Shown here in pieces: positions 48,587-58,953 of a stretch of DNA of 64,000 nucleotides. A program made the translations under genes and the position numbers. Source of the stretch: a virus (Duplodnaviria; Caudoviricetes); the IMG/VR virus record IMGVR_UViG_3300028048_000039, positions 160,001 through 224,000 of that record; one strand, given 5' to 3'. Each line of letters opens with the position of its first letter. Position 1 is the stretch's first letter. The notes under the pieces are model-generated. The model did no database searches and had not been told where the DNA came from. It saw only the letters and a program-made list of their open reading frames with translations.

Positions 48587-49529
48587 AATTACCTCCTTCT
48601 TTAAAATTAGACAATCTAGTTAACTATGTACACTTGCATGCATGCATAAGTACTTTCAAAAATAAGGGGATGAACCATGGACTGCTAACTACCAAACCCC
48701 ACAATTCATCCCCACACACTTACATGGTAACAAAAACCATGCCAAACACTAAAAAAGGATATATAAACCTCAAAAAAAAAATAATGCATGTTCATGAAGC
48801 TATTTCCTGGACTACCATGGGAGCTAGTTACTCTCTCACTTCATCTACTTCGCAAGCCAACATTGGCCCCTAGCTCCCGGTGTCACTCCCCTCTCGCTTT
48901 CTCCTCCTTTAACACTAAAAATGGAAAATACATGAACACACTAATACTCTTGCAAAGACCATGCCAAACTTTACGGAAAACCCATGATAGATAAAAAATA
49001 TTTACAATTGGGGAGCTATACCTATATTATATATAGAGAGGGAAGCTCATGTACATGCATGATAGGCCTAGAAACCATGGGAGCTTCCGGGTATAGACCC
49101 AGGGATAGCCGGGGTACCCGGTGGTGTAGTCCCCCTCCCATAGTCCCCCTGGCACTTTTGAAGGAATATGGGGGCACAGTTGCTTCCGACAAATCTCCCT
49201 ATTTTTTTCGTCATTTTCCATTAGGGGGGTACCCTTTCCCATCAAAAGGTACTACTTTTCCAAAAATTTTTCCACCTAAAATTTCCATCATTTCCCAAAC
49301 CTCACTTTCCTCTCAAAAACCATCGTCACCCAAATTTCATCTTTCCGAGAAAAAAAAAATCCCTAATGGATTACACTTCAAAAGCCATTTTCCATTAGGG
49401 GGGGGGGTCTAAAAATTGAGTAGGTACTACTTTCGGAATAAATTTTTCCCAGAATTTTTTTCATCTTTTCCAACAAAATATATCTTGACTTTCACCCACA
49501 AAATATGTAAATTATTAGAAAAAGACAAT

Positions 49530-49832
49530 ATGTTGATGAATTTAAAAAATGAGGAAGAATCCATAAAGAAATATTTGGCTGAAGATATTTCGCCTGAAAT
49601 AAAAACATCCCCTGCAAAAATTGCTTGGATGGCGCTATCTAACGCTCTTTTCAATATTCAGCAGTATATGAAACATCGGGAAAACGAGTTAATCCCGAAT
49701 CCCAATAATCCAAAGGAAGGAAAAAGGCACCCGATAACTACAGAAGATGTTAAAAAATTGCTTGAGTATATTGATACGACTATCAATAACTGTATATCAG
49801 CAACCATTCCAAATATAAGAAAACAAGGATAA
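49530..49832 (+). CDS. hypothetical protein
   Basis: start at ATG 49530 after a TTGACT promoter-like site. Confidence 0.6.
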   Translation: MLMNLKNEEESIKKYLAEDISPEIKTSPAKIAWMALSNALFNIQQYMKHRENELIPNPNNPKEGKRHPITTEDVKKLLEYIDTTINNCISATIPNIRKQG

Positions 49833-49911
49833 CTTTATGAAATACTAAAAAGAGGCCACAGAAAATTTTTAATCAACTGTGGCTTCTCTCTCACTTTAAA
49901 AGAAGTTTTTT

Positions 49912-51186
49912 CTATGCATTAACAATCACTTCCATCATGTCTGAAGAATATTCTTCCCCGTCAATGCTAAGGTAAGCGATAATTGGCTGTTCATAGTCTG
50001 GATGGGTTCCGGTGTTGATATACTTTTCTATTTCCTGACGATTGTGTTGTGCGACATTTGCTATTTCACTTGGTGATACTTCTGTGATGGCATATGCCTT
50101 CGGGCTGTAAGGGTTCGTCCATACGCTGCTGTCAAAACCATCATCATCGGCAACCCAAAGATAATATGTACCTCCGTCATAATCTATTCTATCCACATAC
50201 CAATATCCGTGATTCTCTGTCAACCCTTCACCTTCATAGTAGTTGTCGATATCTTCTTCATCGTAGTCTTCCACGCCGAAATATTCTCTCGTCTGGGTAT
50301 TATGACTTTTCACTTCAACGGTATTGAAATTAGTGTTAACACCAACGGATTCAGTTTCTGTTGACGAGATAAAACCGTCACAAGAGTCACAAATCAGATA
50401 ATCTATTGTTCCTGGAACATCAGAAGAATATTCTGAAAGCAAAGGAGAACCACCATTCCATTGATTTGGACTTGGTGCGACAGCCCCAAAGTCAACTCTT
50501 TTCACCTTAGAACACCCGTGAAAAATACTGTTTAATTCAATTCCGTGACCTATCGGATGGTAAATCTTAGGTGCCTTTACCATATTACTGCAATTATAAA
50601 ACATTGATTCAAATACGGATGAAGAATCGCTGGTTGATTTCATCGCCTTCGGTGGATATACAAGGCTGGTACAACCATAAAACATATAGTCAAATGTAAT
50701 ACCAATAGTCCCTTGCGTCGTTGGCAGGATAAGGTTTTCAGCATTAACCACTGCGCTTTGTCGGAATAAACTCGACAAAGGTACATTAACGCTTGTCAGC
50801 GATGAATAATTTGTCTTATTAATGATAGACAGCATATTTCCTTCAACATTAAATGGCGTTGAACATTGTATCCTGGTACTATAAGAGTAAGCGGTGTTTG
50901 TTGTTCTCCTGAAGGAAATCTTATCATCTTTAACAACACTGACTGTTCCGGGCCAAGACGCCCAATCACCGTCGTTTTTCCTGTATTCCATTCCGCTTAC
51001 ACTACTCCATGTAATTGTACCTGCGGAGAGCATGACCAGTGTCAAGGGCTTCTTTTCATATCCGCTATCCATAATTGTCTGATGCATGTCAGCGATATAG
51101 GCAACAAGCGGATAACAGGTGTCATCACAAGTGCTGATATAGGCGTTATATTCTGCTACTGTTGCGAATTTCCTTAATTTCTTCAT
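49912..51186 (-). CDS. LRR (BspA/DUF285-like) repeat protein, possibly virion-associated
   Basis: YMFYGCTSL / SMFYNCSNM / IFHGCSKV repeats; CTATTTAT upstream. Confidence 0.7.
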   Translation of the reverse strand: MKKLRKFATVAEYNAYISTCDDTCYPLVAYIADMHQTIMDSGYEKKPLTLVMLSAGTITWSSVSGMEYRKNDGDWASWPGTVSVVKDDKISFRRTTNTAYSYSTRIQCSTPFNVEGNMLSIINKTNYSSLTSVNVPLSSLFRQSAVVNAENLILPTTQGTIGITFDYMFYGCTSLVYPPKAMKSTSDSSSVFESMFYNCSNMVKAPKIYHPIGHGIELNSIFHGCSKVKRVDFGAVAPSPNQWNGGSPLLSEYSSDVPGTIDYLICDSCDGFISSTETESVGVNTNFNTVEVKSHNTQTREYFGVEDYDEEDIDNYYEGEGLTENHGYWYVDRIDYDGGTYYLWVADDDGFDSSVWTNPYSPKAYAITEVSPSEIANVAQHNRQEIEKYINTGTHPDYEQPIIAYLSIDGEEYSSDMMEVIVNA

Positions 51187-51350
51187 AATTTTCTATTTTT
51201 TTACATAAATAGCGCTTTTTCCTGAATAATTTTTTATAAGAAAACATTAAATAACGACCGAGGTTGGCTTCCGCCAACCTTTTTTTATCATCGGGCCTAA
51301 CTTATTTGGTTAAATAAACTATTTATAAAGAAATTACCTTTTAGTTAGAA

Positions 51351-53294
51351 ATGACATTATTTGAAAATATATGCCTCGACCTACTCCTTGAGGGAAAGAC
51401 CCCTGAGGAAATCCTTGCTGCGCTTAAGTACAAGTTTAAGGACGTTCCTGAGGAAGTAATCCTCAAGTTGTTCGAGATGGATACAACGAAGAAGAAGTCT
51501 TATACCCAGTGGGTATTGTCCCATTGGGCTGAGGAGGGTGCGGAGATTGAACAACTCATCGTCAGTGGGAAAATGAAAGAGGTCTTTGACTTCATTAAGG
51601 AAACCCATGACATACAGATACAGGGTTATAAGTCAGTTAAGGAACTCGTTGAGGACCTTAAGTATAAGATGAGCAGCGGGCTTGACCTCCTTGAGAAAAA
51701 TGGAACTGGGTCTGAAAACGACTTTACAATCCTCTACAATAGCCCTGAATGGGTGGTCGTCACCCCTAATACTTATGAAGCGTCACATAAGCTTGGTGTC
51801 GGAACTTCATGGTGTACTGCTGGATGGAGATATAATAATGGAAAGTATTATTATGACAGGTATCTTAATGACTACGGTGGGAAGTATTACATTAACTTTG
51901 ATAAACGAGGTGGGGAGAAGGATTGTGCTGGGGTTGAACGTCCGTATAAGAGATATCAATTCCACTTCGAGTCAAACCAATTTATGAACATCTTGGATAG
52001 ACCAATAAGCCTCGTCAGCATAAACATGCCGGAAGATGTCATTGAGTTTTATGAGAAAGTTGAACCCGTCAAAATGGAAAAACTTGTCAATTCAGCAAAA
52101 CATGAGAAGAGAAAGCAAGCTTACCTTGCTGCAAGACGTGAATATGCAATTCATGTTAGTGGAGATTATTCAATTCTTCCTAAATATGATGATACTCTTA
52201 ATCCCGAAAACTTACCTAACATAAGGGAATTCGGTCTCTATGATATGGAATACGATGAGGTTGACCCTATTTCGCTTGATTATTTCAATAAAAATATCTT
52301 ATTCTACGGAGAAATTAATAATTACTTTGTCCTAATTGTTAATACTAACGTTGATGACACAACTGACTATGGCGGAAATTTGAAAACATATTTTAAAGGC
52401 GAATACCCATGTAATCCGACATTTTATGTTTCTAGGGGTGACGGCCCCTTCGGTAGGTGGTATGGCTTTGATAGGTGTGACAATGCCTTTTATAGCGTCT
52501 TAGAAAATAACTTATTTGTTATCACTGGGGATAGAGTTTGTGACCTTCTAACTAACATCGAAAATCCATTTGATGATGAAGCCACACCACAAAAAGCTTT
52601 TTTAAATTGTGAAATTGACGGTAAACAGTATTTTGAAGTAGTTTGGGAAAATGGTTTCCATTCTCTCTATTGTTCCAATACTAATTTTTCTAATGCCTTT
52701 TCACGAGATTATAGTCACCGAGAAAGGTTTTACCCTATAATTTCTTTGGACCTGCCACCAGAAGGTAAGGAAAAATTTGAGGTTACAATGAATTCAGCTA
52801 AAGGTAAGCTCATACACAATTATGATATATCACCCAATAACAATAATTTCAAAATCATAAAACAGCTATACGACAATTTTTATGTTGCCACGACTCTGAA
52901 GGATAGTAACTACCGTATGGTTTATGACATTACAGAACAATGTGAATGTTTTTTTACTAACAACGCTGGTAGTAGCCAGGTTAGAGATTTTGACTGGATA
53001 ACAAAAATACCAGACCGCCCATTTTTTATTGGTTCATTGGGGAGTTATTCGTTTTTATTTTCTTTACCATTAAGAAAGATGGCTTCTGCTGTGCTTTATG
53101 AATATGAAATCGATTATGAAGAAGGCAAAGTTTATGATTATGATAACAATAAAGTAACCATCCTACATGATAATGGTGAATATGAGATAAAAGATTGGAA
53201 TGAGGACGAAGGAGAGGGTGAGGAAATGACCAGCAAGGCAATCTCAGAGAACTTTAGCAGATTCTTGAAACGAATAAATGATGTAAAGTTCTAA
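51351..53294 (+). CDS. large putative virion-internal protein with SWCT domain
   Basis: LFE/LLE N-terminal sites; TSWCTA..YY..Y; C-terminal ISENF..FLKRINDV; CTATTTAT upstream. Confidence 0.8.
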   Translation: MTLFENICLDLLLEGKTPEEILAALKYKFKDVPEEVILKLFEMDTTKKKSYTQWVLSHWAEEGAEIEQLIVSGKMKEVFDFIKETHDIQIQGYKSVKELVEDLKYKMSSGLDLLEKNGTGSENDFTILYNSPEWVVVTPNTYEASHKLGVGTSWCTAGWRYNNGKYYYDRYLNDYGGKYYINFDKRGGEKDCAGVERPYKRYQFHFESNQFMNILDRPISLVSINMPEDVIEFYEKVEPVKMEKLVNSAKHEKRKQAYLAARREYAIHVSGDYSILPKYDDTLNPENLPNIREFGLYDMEYDEVDPISLDYFNKNILFYGEINNYFVLIVNTNVDDTTDYGGNLKTYFKGEYPCNPTFYVSRGDGPFGRWYGFDRCDNAFYSVLENNLFVITGDRVCDLLTNIENPFDDEATPQKAFLNCEIDGKQYFEVVWENGFHSLYCSNTNFSNAFSRDYSHRERFYPIISLDLPPEGKEKFEVTMNSAKGKLIHNYDISPNNNNFKIIKQLYDNFYVATTLKDSNYRMVYDITEQCECFFTNNAGSSQVRDFDWITKIPDRPFFIGSLGSYSFLFSLPLRKMASAVLYEYEIDYEEGKVYDYDNNKVTILHDNGEYEIKDWNEDEGEGEEMTSKAISENFSRFLKRINDVKF

Positions 53295-53367
53295 GGTAAA
53301 GAAAATGCCGTAGGGAAAAAATATCTCTACGGCAAATATTTTAAACTTTTTAGTACTCATTTCATCT

Positions 53368-55464
53368 TTAAGCCCCGAAAAGGCTATTCCTATTACGAAT
53401 TCTTCTTAACATGTCAGCATCGACCATTATCCATCCCCAATAATCATTGCTCCTATTCATGTTAAAGTGGAAATCATTATCTTCTTTTCTAATTGTTTCC
53501 CTATAATGTGCATTATTTGAGCGGCCATTATATGTTACTTGCACCCTAAAGTGTCCATCGCAAAAGTCTTTGTTAGCAGTTAATATATAAGCACGTCTGT
53601 CGAAATCATATCTATCTCTCAGTTTATTAAGTTCTTCGCTAGTTATGCACAACTTAGGGCTTGTAAAGTTACAAATATATTCTCCCGGAGAGAAATTCAT
53701 CTTAGTTCTATCCATGATGATATCCCAGGCATCTTCCTTGGTAAATGTTGACAAGAATTGTTTCTCTTGCTCTTCCCAAGAGCGTTCAGTTTCATTAAGG
53801 GCTTCGTTTACATATTCTACTTTCTTTCTTAAACCACCTTTCAACGAAGATTCATCTACACGCCTAACACCAATGTACTGGTCATTTTCATCATAGCATT
53901 CAAAGTCTGGGGTAACCTTGGCAAAATTGGTATCAGGGTCAATCTTAACGGTAAATGTAATACTCTTATAATTTGCATCTATTACAATAGTGCGCTTCTC
54001 GTTTATATCATATTCATTAAATTGATTGCAAAGCATGAAATTACCATTTTTAAGTATCTCCTTTACTTCCTCTAAGGTCTTTCCATTGAACATTCTCTGT
54101 ACTTCGCTATAATCTCGATAACATTGCATCTCAGACTTAAGGCCCCTCTTTAAACTGTTTTCATCAAGCTTTTTCTTCAAGAACTTCCTCAATGAGCCGC
54201 TTTCTGGCCTATTAAGATTATCACCATCAATTTTTCCGAAGCAATACATTGCATCGCCATAGGTTATTCCGTCTGTTCTTGCCCATTCGTCACCATATCT
54301 TTCCGTCATGAATTCCCTAATACGTTTATTAAGTTCTTCATCTGCAGATATTTCTGAAAGTTTTGGATATGTAATTGTTATTTCTTTAGGAGAATTTTCA
54401 TAACCGCCAGTATAACTGTTGCTTCCTTCTGTTGCCTCTAAGTTAAACTGTCCAGTAGCATGCCCATCATAACAAATAACATCATAGACACGTGGTTTGG
54501 AATTGCCAAAAAAGCGTTTATCCACAAATCCAACTTCCGTTTCATAATTAGAAGTTTCTTCATTTAACTCTTTCTTCTTCAGGAAATCTCTTAATGAACC
54601 CTTCTGCGGAACATAACCAAGTGATACTTTCTTACGATTTTTCATTTCTTCCCCATTGGAAATCTCTATATTCTTAGGGTCCCATAATGCAATCATGACA
54701 TCAGCATAATCTACTTTGTCCTCGTCCATATCATCATAATTTTCATAATGGACATTCAGAACATTTTTCTTCATTTCCTCATCAGATAATACTTCCGCTA
54801 ACTTAGGATATGTCATCTTTAAATATTCTGGGCCATTATCATCTGGCTCCCTCTTAAACCCAAATGCCACTCCGTCATAACATTCCCAGTAATATGTATG
54901 ATAATAACTCCCGCCATCCCTAAAAATCTTTGGGGAAAGGACGTCAAAATCAGCCCAAGTTACTTTACTATCATTGCCTATTTCTTCGTTCAATTCTTTC
55001 TTTTTCATAAAATCCTTCAATGAACCCTTTGTTGGTTGTTTATTTGACGATTGGTTCTTTGGTGGCCTTCCATCAATAATTGCTCGCAAATTTTCATACT
55101 CTTCTAAGGTAATTGCTTCTATGTTTGGGAACGTGCGCATTATGTCACCATAATTTATCTGTTCTGGCTGGTCTTTTTCAAGATTATAATAATCACATGT
55201 GCTGAGAACTTCTCTCGTCATTTTCTCATCTGCTAATACCTCACTTAATTTAGGGTATTCTGCCTTTACTATGTAGCGCACTCCATTTGGACCTTTAAAA
55301 TTTTTTATAGAAAAGGCCGTTCCGTCATAACACAAGAAGTCAGACCAGAAATCATCTGGAATACCATCACCATATACATCCATACCATAATGAATTGGTT
55401 CCCCCAGGCTGACCTCGTTCAATTCCTTCTTTTTCATATTTCGCTTAGCAGTTAAAGAACCCAT
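53368..55464 (-). CDS. repeat polyprotein-like protein with KKKELNE linkers
   Basis: three 'CYDG..YPKL.E..Y.D.M' domains separated by GSL.DF.KKKELNE. Confidence 0.8.
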   Translation of the reverse strand: MGSLTAKRNMKKKELNEVSLGEPIHYGMDVYGDGIPDDFWSDFLCYDGTAFSIKNFKGPNGVRYIVKAEYPKLSEVLADEKMTREVLSTCDYYNLEKDQPEQINYGDIMRTFPNIEAITLEEYENLRAIIDGRPPKNQSSNKQPTKGSLKDFMKKKELNEEIGNDSKVTWADFDVLSPKIFRDGGSYYHTYYWECYDGVAFGFKREPDDNGPEYLKMTYPKLAEVLSDEEMKKNVLNVHYENYDDMDEDKVDYADVMIALWDPKNIEISNGEEMKNRKKVSLGYVPQKGSLRDFLKKKELNEETSNYETEVGFVDKRFFGNSKPRVYDVICYDGHATGQFNLEATEGSNSYTGGYENSPKEITITYPKLSEISADEELNKRIREFMTERYGDEWARTDGITYGDAMYCFGKIDGDNLNRPESGSLRKFLKKKLDENSLKRGLKSEMQCYRDYSEVQRMFNGKTLEEVKEILKNGNFMLCNQFNEYDINEKRTIVIDANYKSITFTVKIDPDTNFAKVTPDFECYDENDQYIGVRRVDESSLKGGLRKKVEYVNEALNETERSWEEQEKQFLSTFTKEDAWDIIMDRTKMNFSPGEYICNFTSPKLCITSEELNKLRDRYDFDRRAYILTANKDFCDGHFRVQVTYNGRSNNAHYRETIRKEDNDFHFNMNRSNDYWGWIMVDADMLRRIRNRNSLFGA

Positions 55465-55472
55465 AACTTCAA

Positions 55473-55799
55473 TTATCTCTTCTTATAAAATTCAACGACG
55501 GTTTCCTCGTCCTCATCATCTTCTTGCCAATTATAACCAAGTCTATCCATGACATCATTGCAAATCTGGACGTCTTCCCAATCCTTTCCGTAGATGTTGA
55601 TTGCAACCATGTCATAACCAAATCCTATGACATCATCATCGTCAAGGTCCAATCCAGCAGCTTGAAGCTTAATTCTTATATTATTACGTTCATTAATATC
55701 AATAAACTCATTAAGTGCCTTACGTTCTCCATAAATTGCCTCGTTGATTGCACTCATGATAAGTCTCTTTAATTTATTTTCGCTTAATGTAATTTTCAT
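55473..55799 (-). CDS. putative head-internal protein with LSE tag
   Basis: MKITLSENKLKRLIMSAINE; CTATTTAT upstream. Confidence 0.75.
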   Translation of the reverse strand: MKITLSENKLKRLIMSAINEAIYGERKALNEFIDINERNNIRIKLQAAGLDLDDDDVIGFGYDMVAINIYGKDWEDVQICNDVMDRLGYNWQEDDEDEETVVEFYKKR

Positions 55800-55894
55800 A
55801 AAAATGATATTTCTTTATAAATAGTTTAAAACCCACTAAAACATTGACAAAATCATGGCTTTAGTTTATTTTATTTATAAATTACACATGAATT

Positions 55895-56335
55895 ATGAAG
55901 GAAAAAGTTAAGTTTAATATGGGTTCATCATATTTTTTTGAGGGCCTTGAGGGTTATAAGGCAAAGGACCACGATGAGCTTTGCATAATGGAGGGTTTCT
56001 CTGAGAGAATTAAGAGTAACGTCTTGAATATGAAATTGAACGGAAATGACGTATTCTTCTTCAGGGATATGGATAAGGATGGCTTCATTAATGATACAAT
56101 TAGCTGCAAAGTACCAATGCGTGTCGGAAAGTTCCTAATCCCGGAATTTTGCAAGTATATTAACTTTAAGGTGGAAGATTATGAGAGACTGAAGGAATGC
56201 TTTGATGCTCTTGATGAAAAGCACCAATACGAGAAGCTGATTAGGGATTATTACATTGAAAATGGTGATTTCACGCTTACTGATGAACAAAGGAAAAACG
56301 CCTATGAACTTTACAAGAAGGAGAGGGATAAGTAA
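55895..56335 (+). CDS. hypothetical protein
   Basis: ORF; GSSYFF..DHD resembles a nucleotidyltransferase G-S..DxD motif (weak). Confidence 0.7.
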   Translation: MKEKVKFNMGSSYFFEGLEGYKAKDHDELCIMEGFSERIKSNVLNMKLNGNDVFFFRDMDKDGFINDTISCKVPMRVGKFLIPEFCKYINFKVEDYERLKECFDALDEKHQYEKLIRDYYIENGDFTLTDEQRKNAYELYKKERDK

Positions 56336-56423
56336 AAACCGCATTAAATGGTAAAAAAGGGGCTGTTTCATAATGAGAAATGGCCCCTTCATACTATTTA
56401 TAAAAAAATATACTTTAACAATT

Positions 56424-58952
56424 ATGATATTAAATGAGTCAAGTAGGGATAACCTATTATTACCATACTTAGAATTGTACAACAGCAAGGTTGGGGAAGG
56501 AGAGAAGAGGACTCTTCCTGATATGAAGAAGGCGTTGTTAAGGAAATTTGTTAACGAGGCCCTAATGAGGAACCTTTCCCTTGAATCAAATTATTACCTT
56601 GCCGGAGTTGCCAGATATTACTTCAATGGGGACCTTACAACGAATAAGGTTGACATCCTTAATGTATTTAGCGGAGAGGCTGGAAGTACTGACCAGTTTA
56701 ATCAGGAAATATGCCAGAGGCTTAATGCTCTCATATTGGTGTTGAGAAATGCTTATATTGACAGCGTTGGAACCCAGTTTGAACAACCAGAGGATTTTGG
56801 AACATTATCAATCGCTAAGTTGCTGAGGAAATATAACAAGGCAATCAATGCTGAACTTGGCATTGAAACCCCAAAGAAGGGAAAGAAAGTAAAACCTGTC
56901 GAAGAAATTGATAGAAATGACAGTGTTGGTAACGGTTATACTTTCGATATCCTTTATTCATATGATGAGGCAAGGAAGTACCATTCCGCAACAGAACCTG
57001 GTGCATGGTGTATCACATACGGAGAACATCACTATAATTATTACATTAAGCAACTTGGCATCCATTATGTTATATTCAGGAAAGATGGTTATGAAAATGT
57101 TGAGAGGAAGAAGGGGCCTAATTGGACCCGTCAGAAACCACAGGATGAATATGGAAATTCGCTCATTGCCTTTCTCCAAAGTAATAAGACAGGAGAACCA
57201 GTTTACATAACATCAAGGTGGAACCACGGGGCTTATGGCGATGATAGTAGTTGTGAGGCCGACCATGCTTACACTAAGGAAGAATTCATGGAGAAGACTG
57301 GTGTAACGGAAGCCGACATTCAGAGAATTTTTAAGATTTGGAAAACCGATAAACCAAAGAAAGATGCTGAAGGTGGTGGGGTTGATAGGAAGGCAATAAA
57401 TGCAGCGAAGCTTAAGGCTTCTAGAATAATTAAATATACACAAATGCTGTTAGCTCAGGGTGCAGACATTGAGTCGGCCCTTATGCCACATAAAGACAAT
57501 TTATCTTCAATGGTGTTGACAAATAATGATAAATTAGCCGAATTAAGGAATAGTATTTACAAGGCAACTGATGAAGCAACAAAGGAAAGTCTTAGGAAAT
57601 CTGTACGTAAACTCTTAAGAAAGTCAAGTGTTGGCTGTCTATTAACCGTTGATAATAGGAAGTTTGCATTCTTAATTGATGGCGGAAAAATTTCAATTGA
57701 TACCATAACAGACTTCGGTGATTATTCTGGCCGTGCTAGTTGGCTGTTTAATAAGGGTAATGAAAATGTTATATTGTTCGGTACTGATAAACATGGTTGG
57801 GTTGTCTATGATAAAATTAGAAAGACGCCATTAGTTGTTGATGGGAAAAAGAAGTTTAAATATGTGTCTTTTAGCTTACCTTGGGAAGTTAAGAATGAGA
57901 GGACGAGTGATAATGGTGAATATGTCGTAAATAAACCAGATTACTATGTGGTTGGCACGTCAACAACATCATACGCCCTCATTAATTATAGGACAAATGA
58001 ACCATTCTTATTGCCAAATGGCTCTCCATGGTTTGAAAAAGTTGTTTCTGAGAACACTCACTTAGTTGACCATGGCTACGGTAATGATTATGCTATTAAA
58101 CTTGACCATTATTTAGCCTTGGGGTTCACGTATGACTCAGCTAGAAATGAATATTATGTCTATGACGTAAAGACTAGGTCATTCCTTGACCTTCCTAATA
58201 CTAGCTATTTTTTATATTGCGGTGGAATAGGAAACTTAGTAGAACAAGGATGTTATGTTATACATGGTTATACAAATAATGATTATAATAGCGGGGTTGA
58301 CCTCATATATAAGGATGGTAAGCGTTCCAGTGAATTTCCTGACATGTATAGCATGCTTAATTTTGAAGATGACGAGTTTACCGTCATGAGGACAGTAAAT
58401 GGCGAAGACTACATTAACATACGTGACGAACATTCAGGATTGGCCACAACACTTAAAGTGACTATACCAGAAGAAATCCTTCAAGACAAAACCCCTTATT
58501 TTAGATTTGCCGAAAAAATTGGGACAAACCGAGTTATTGTATTTTCACTCACGAATAAAGATAGGGATAACTACGGTTACAGAACTGCCTTTGGTTATGT
58601 TGTATTAGTATATGATGGTAATGGGATAAGATTGTTAAAGAATGGGGTTGATAGGAATGGCGGATATATATTCCCTAAGGTTACCAATTGGTATTATAGC
58701 GGTAATGATTTTGATGGATACTTGCTTATTGGATTTTTTCGTGGCAATGGCGGCATTTATAAAATAGCCAATTCAAATACTAACAGCCTTGTTCCTTGTA
58801 AAATCGACAATGATACATTGGTAATTGATAGAGAAGCACAAGTTCAACAAGTTCGTGAAAGTAAGAAGAGTGTTGGTCTCACTGCTGGTGACGTAAAGAC
58901 TATGGTTTCAGAATGTGTTAAGAGAATAATTGAAAGAAAATTATTAAAGTAA
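56424..58952 (+). CDS. large WCIT/RWNH-domain protein, paralog 1 of a tandem trio
   Basis: start at ATG 56424 (MILNESSRD) by paralog alignment; C-terminal LTAGDVKTMVSECVKRII tag. Confidence 0.85.
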   Translation: MILNESSRDNLLLPYLELYNSKVGEGEKRTLPDMKKALLRKFVNEALMRNLSLESNYYLAGVARYYFNGDLTTNKVDILNVFSGEAGSTDQFNQEICQRLNALILVLRNAYIDSVGTQFEQPEDFGTLSIAKLLRKYNKAINAELGIETPKKGKKVKPVEEIDRNDSVGNGYTFDILYSYDEARKYHSATEPGAWCITYGEHHYNYYIKQLGIHYVIFRKDGYENVERKKGPNWTRQKPQDEYGNSLIAFLQSNKTGEPVYITSRWNHGAYGDDSSCEADHAYTKEEFMEKTGVTEADIQRIFKIWKTDKPKKDAEGGGVDRKAINAAKLKASRIIKYTQMLLAQGADIESALMPHKDNLSSMVLTNNDKLAELRNSIYKATDEATKESLRKSVRKLLRKSSVGCLLTVDNRKFAFLIDGGKISIDTITDFGDYSGRASWLFNKGNENVILFGTDKHGWVVYDKIRKTPLVVDGKKKFKYVSFSLPWEVKNERTSDNGEYVVNKPDYYVVGTSTTSYALINYRTNEPFLLPNGSPWFEKVVSENTHLVDHGYGNDYAIKLDHYLALGFTYDSARNEYYVYDVKTRSFLDLPNTSYFLYCGGIGNLVEQGCYVIHGYTNNDYNSGVDLIYKDGKRSSEFPDMYSMLNFEDDEFTVMRTVNGEDYINIRDEHSGLATTLKVTIPEEILQDKTPYFRFAEKIGTNRVIVFSLTNKDRDNYGYRTAFGYVVLVYDGNGIRLLKNGVDRNGGYIFPKVTNWYYSGNDFDGYLLIGFFRGNGGIYKIANSNTNSLVPCKIDNDTLVIDREAQVQQVRESKKSVGLTAGDVKTMVSECVKRIIERKLLK

Positions 58953-58953
58953 T

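Larger units (their letters stand above)
33780..48970 (-). promoter_or_regulatory. array of ~18 sigma54-type promoters and ~24 strong SD sites
   Basis: TGG(C/A)A(C/T)-N5-TT(G/C)(C/T) sites at ~33833, 35581, 37613, 38202, 39024, 39282, 40111, 40508, 41277, 42229, 42394, 43407, 44358, 44919, 45590, 46804, 48729, 48951; AGGAGGT before most starts. Confidence 0.8.

Noticed and set aside
33400-49000. CRISPR array or integron cassette array
   Set aside because: The repeats are irregularly spaced, flank full genes and match promoter or SD motifs. There are no constant-length spacers and no cas or integrase gene in the window.
48634-49412. ORFs 48634-48873, 48788-48994, 48984-49412 and 49027-49245
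   Set aside because: Low-complexity, atypical composition and no translation signals; treated as non-coding.
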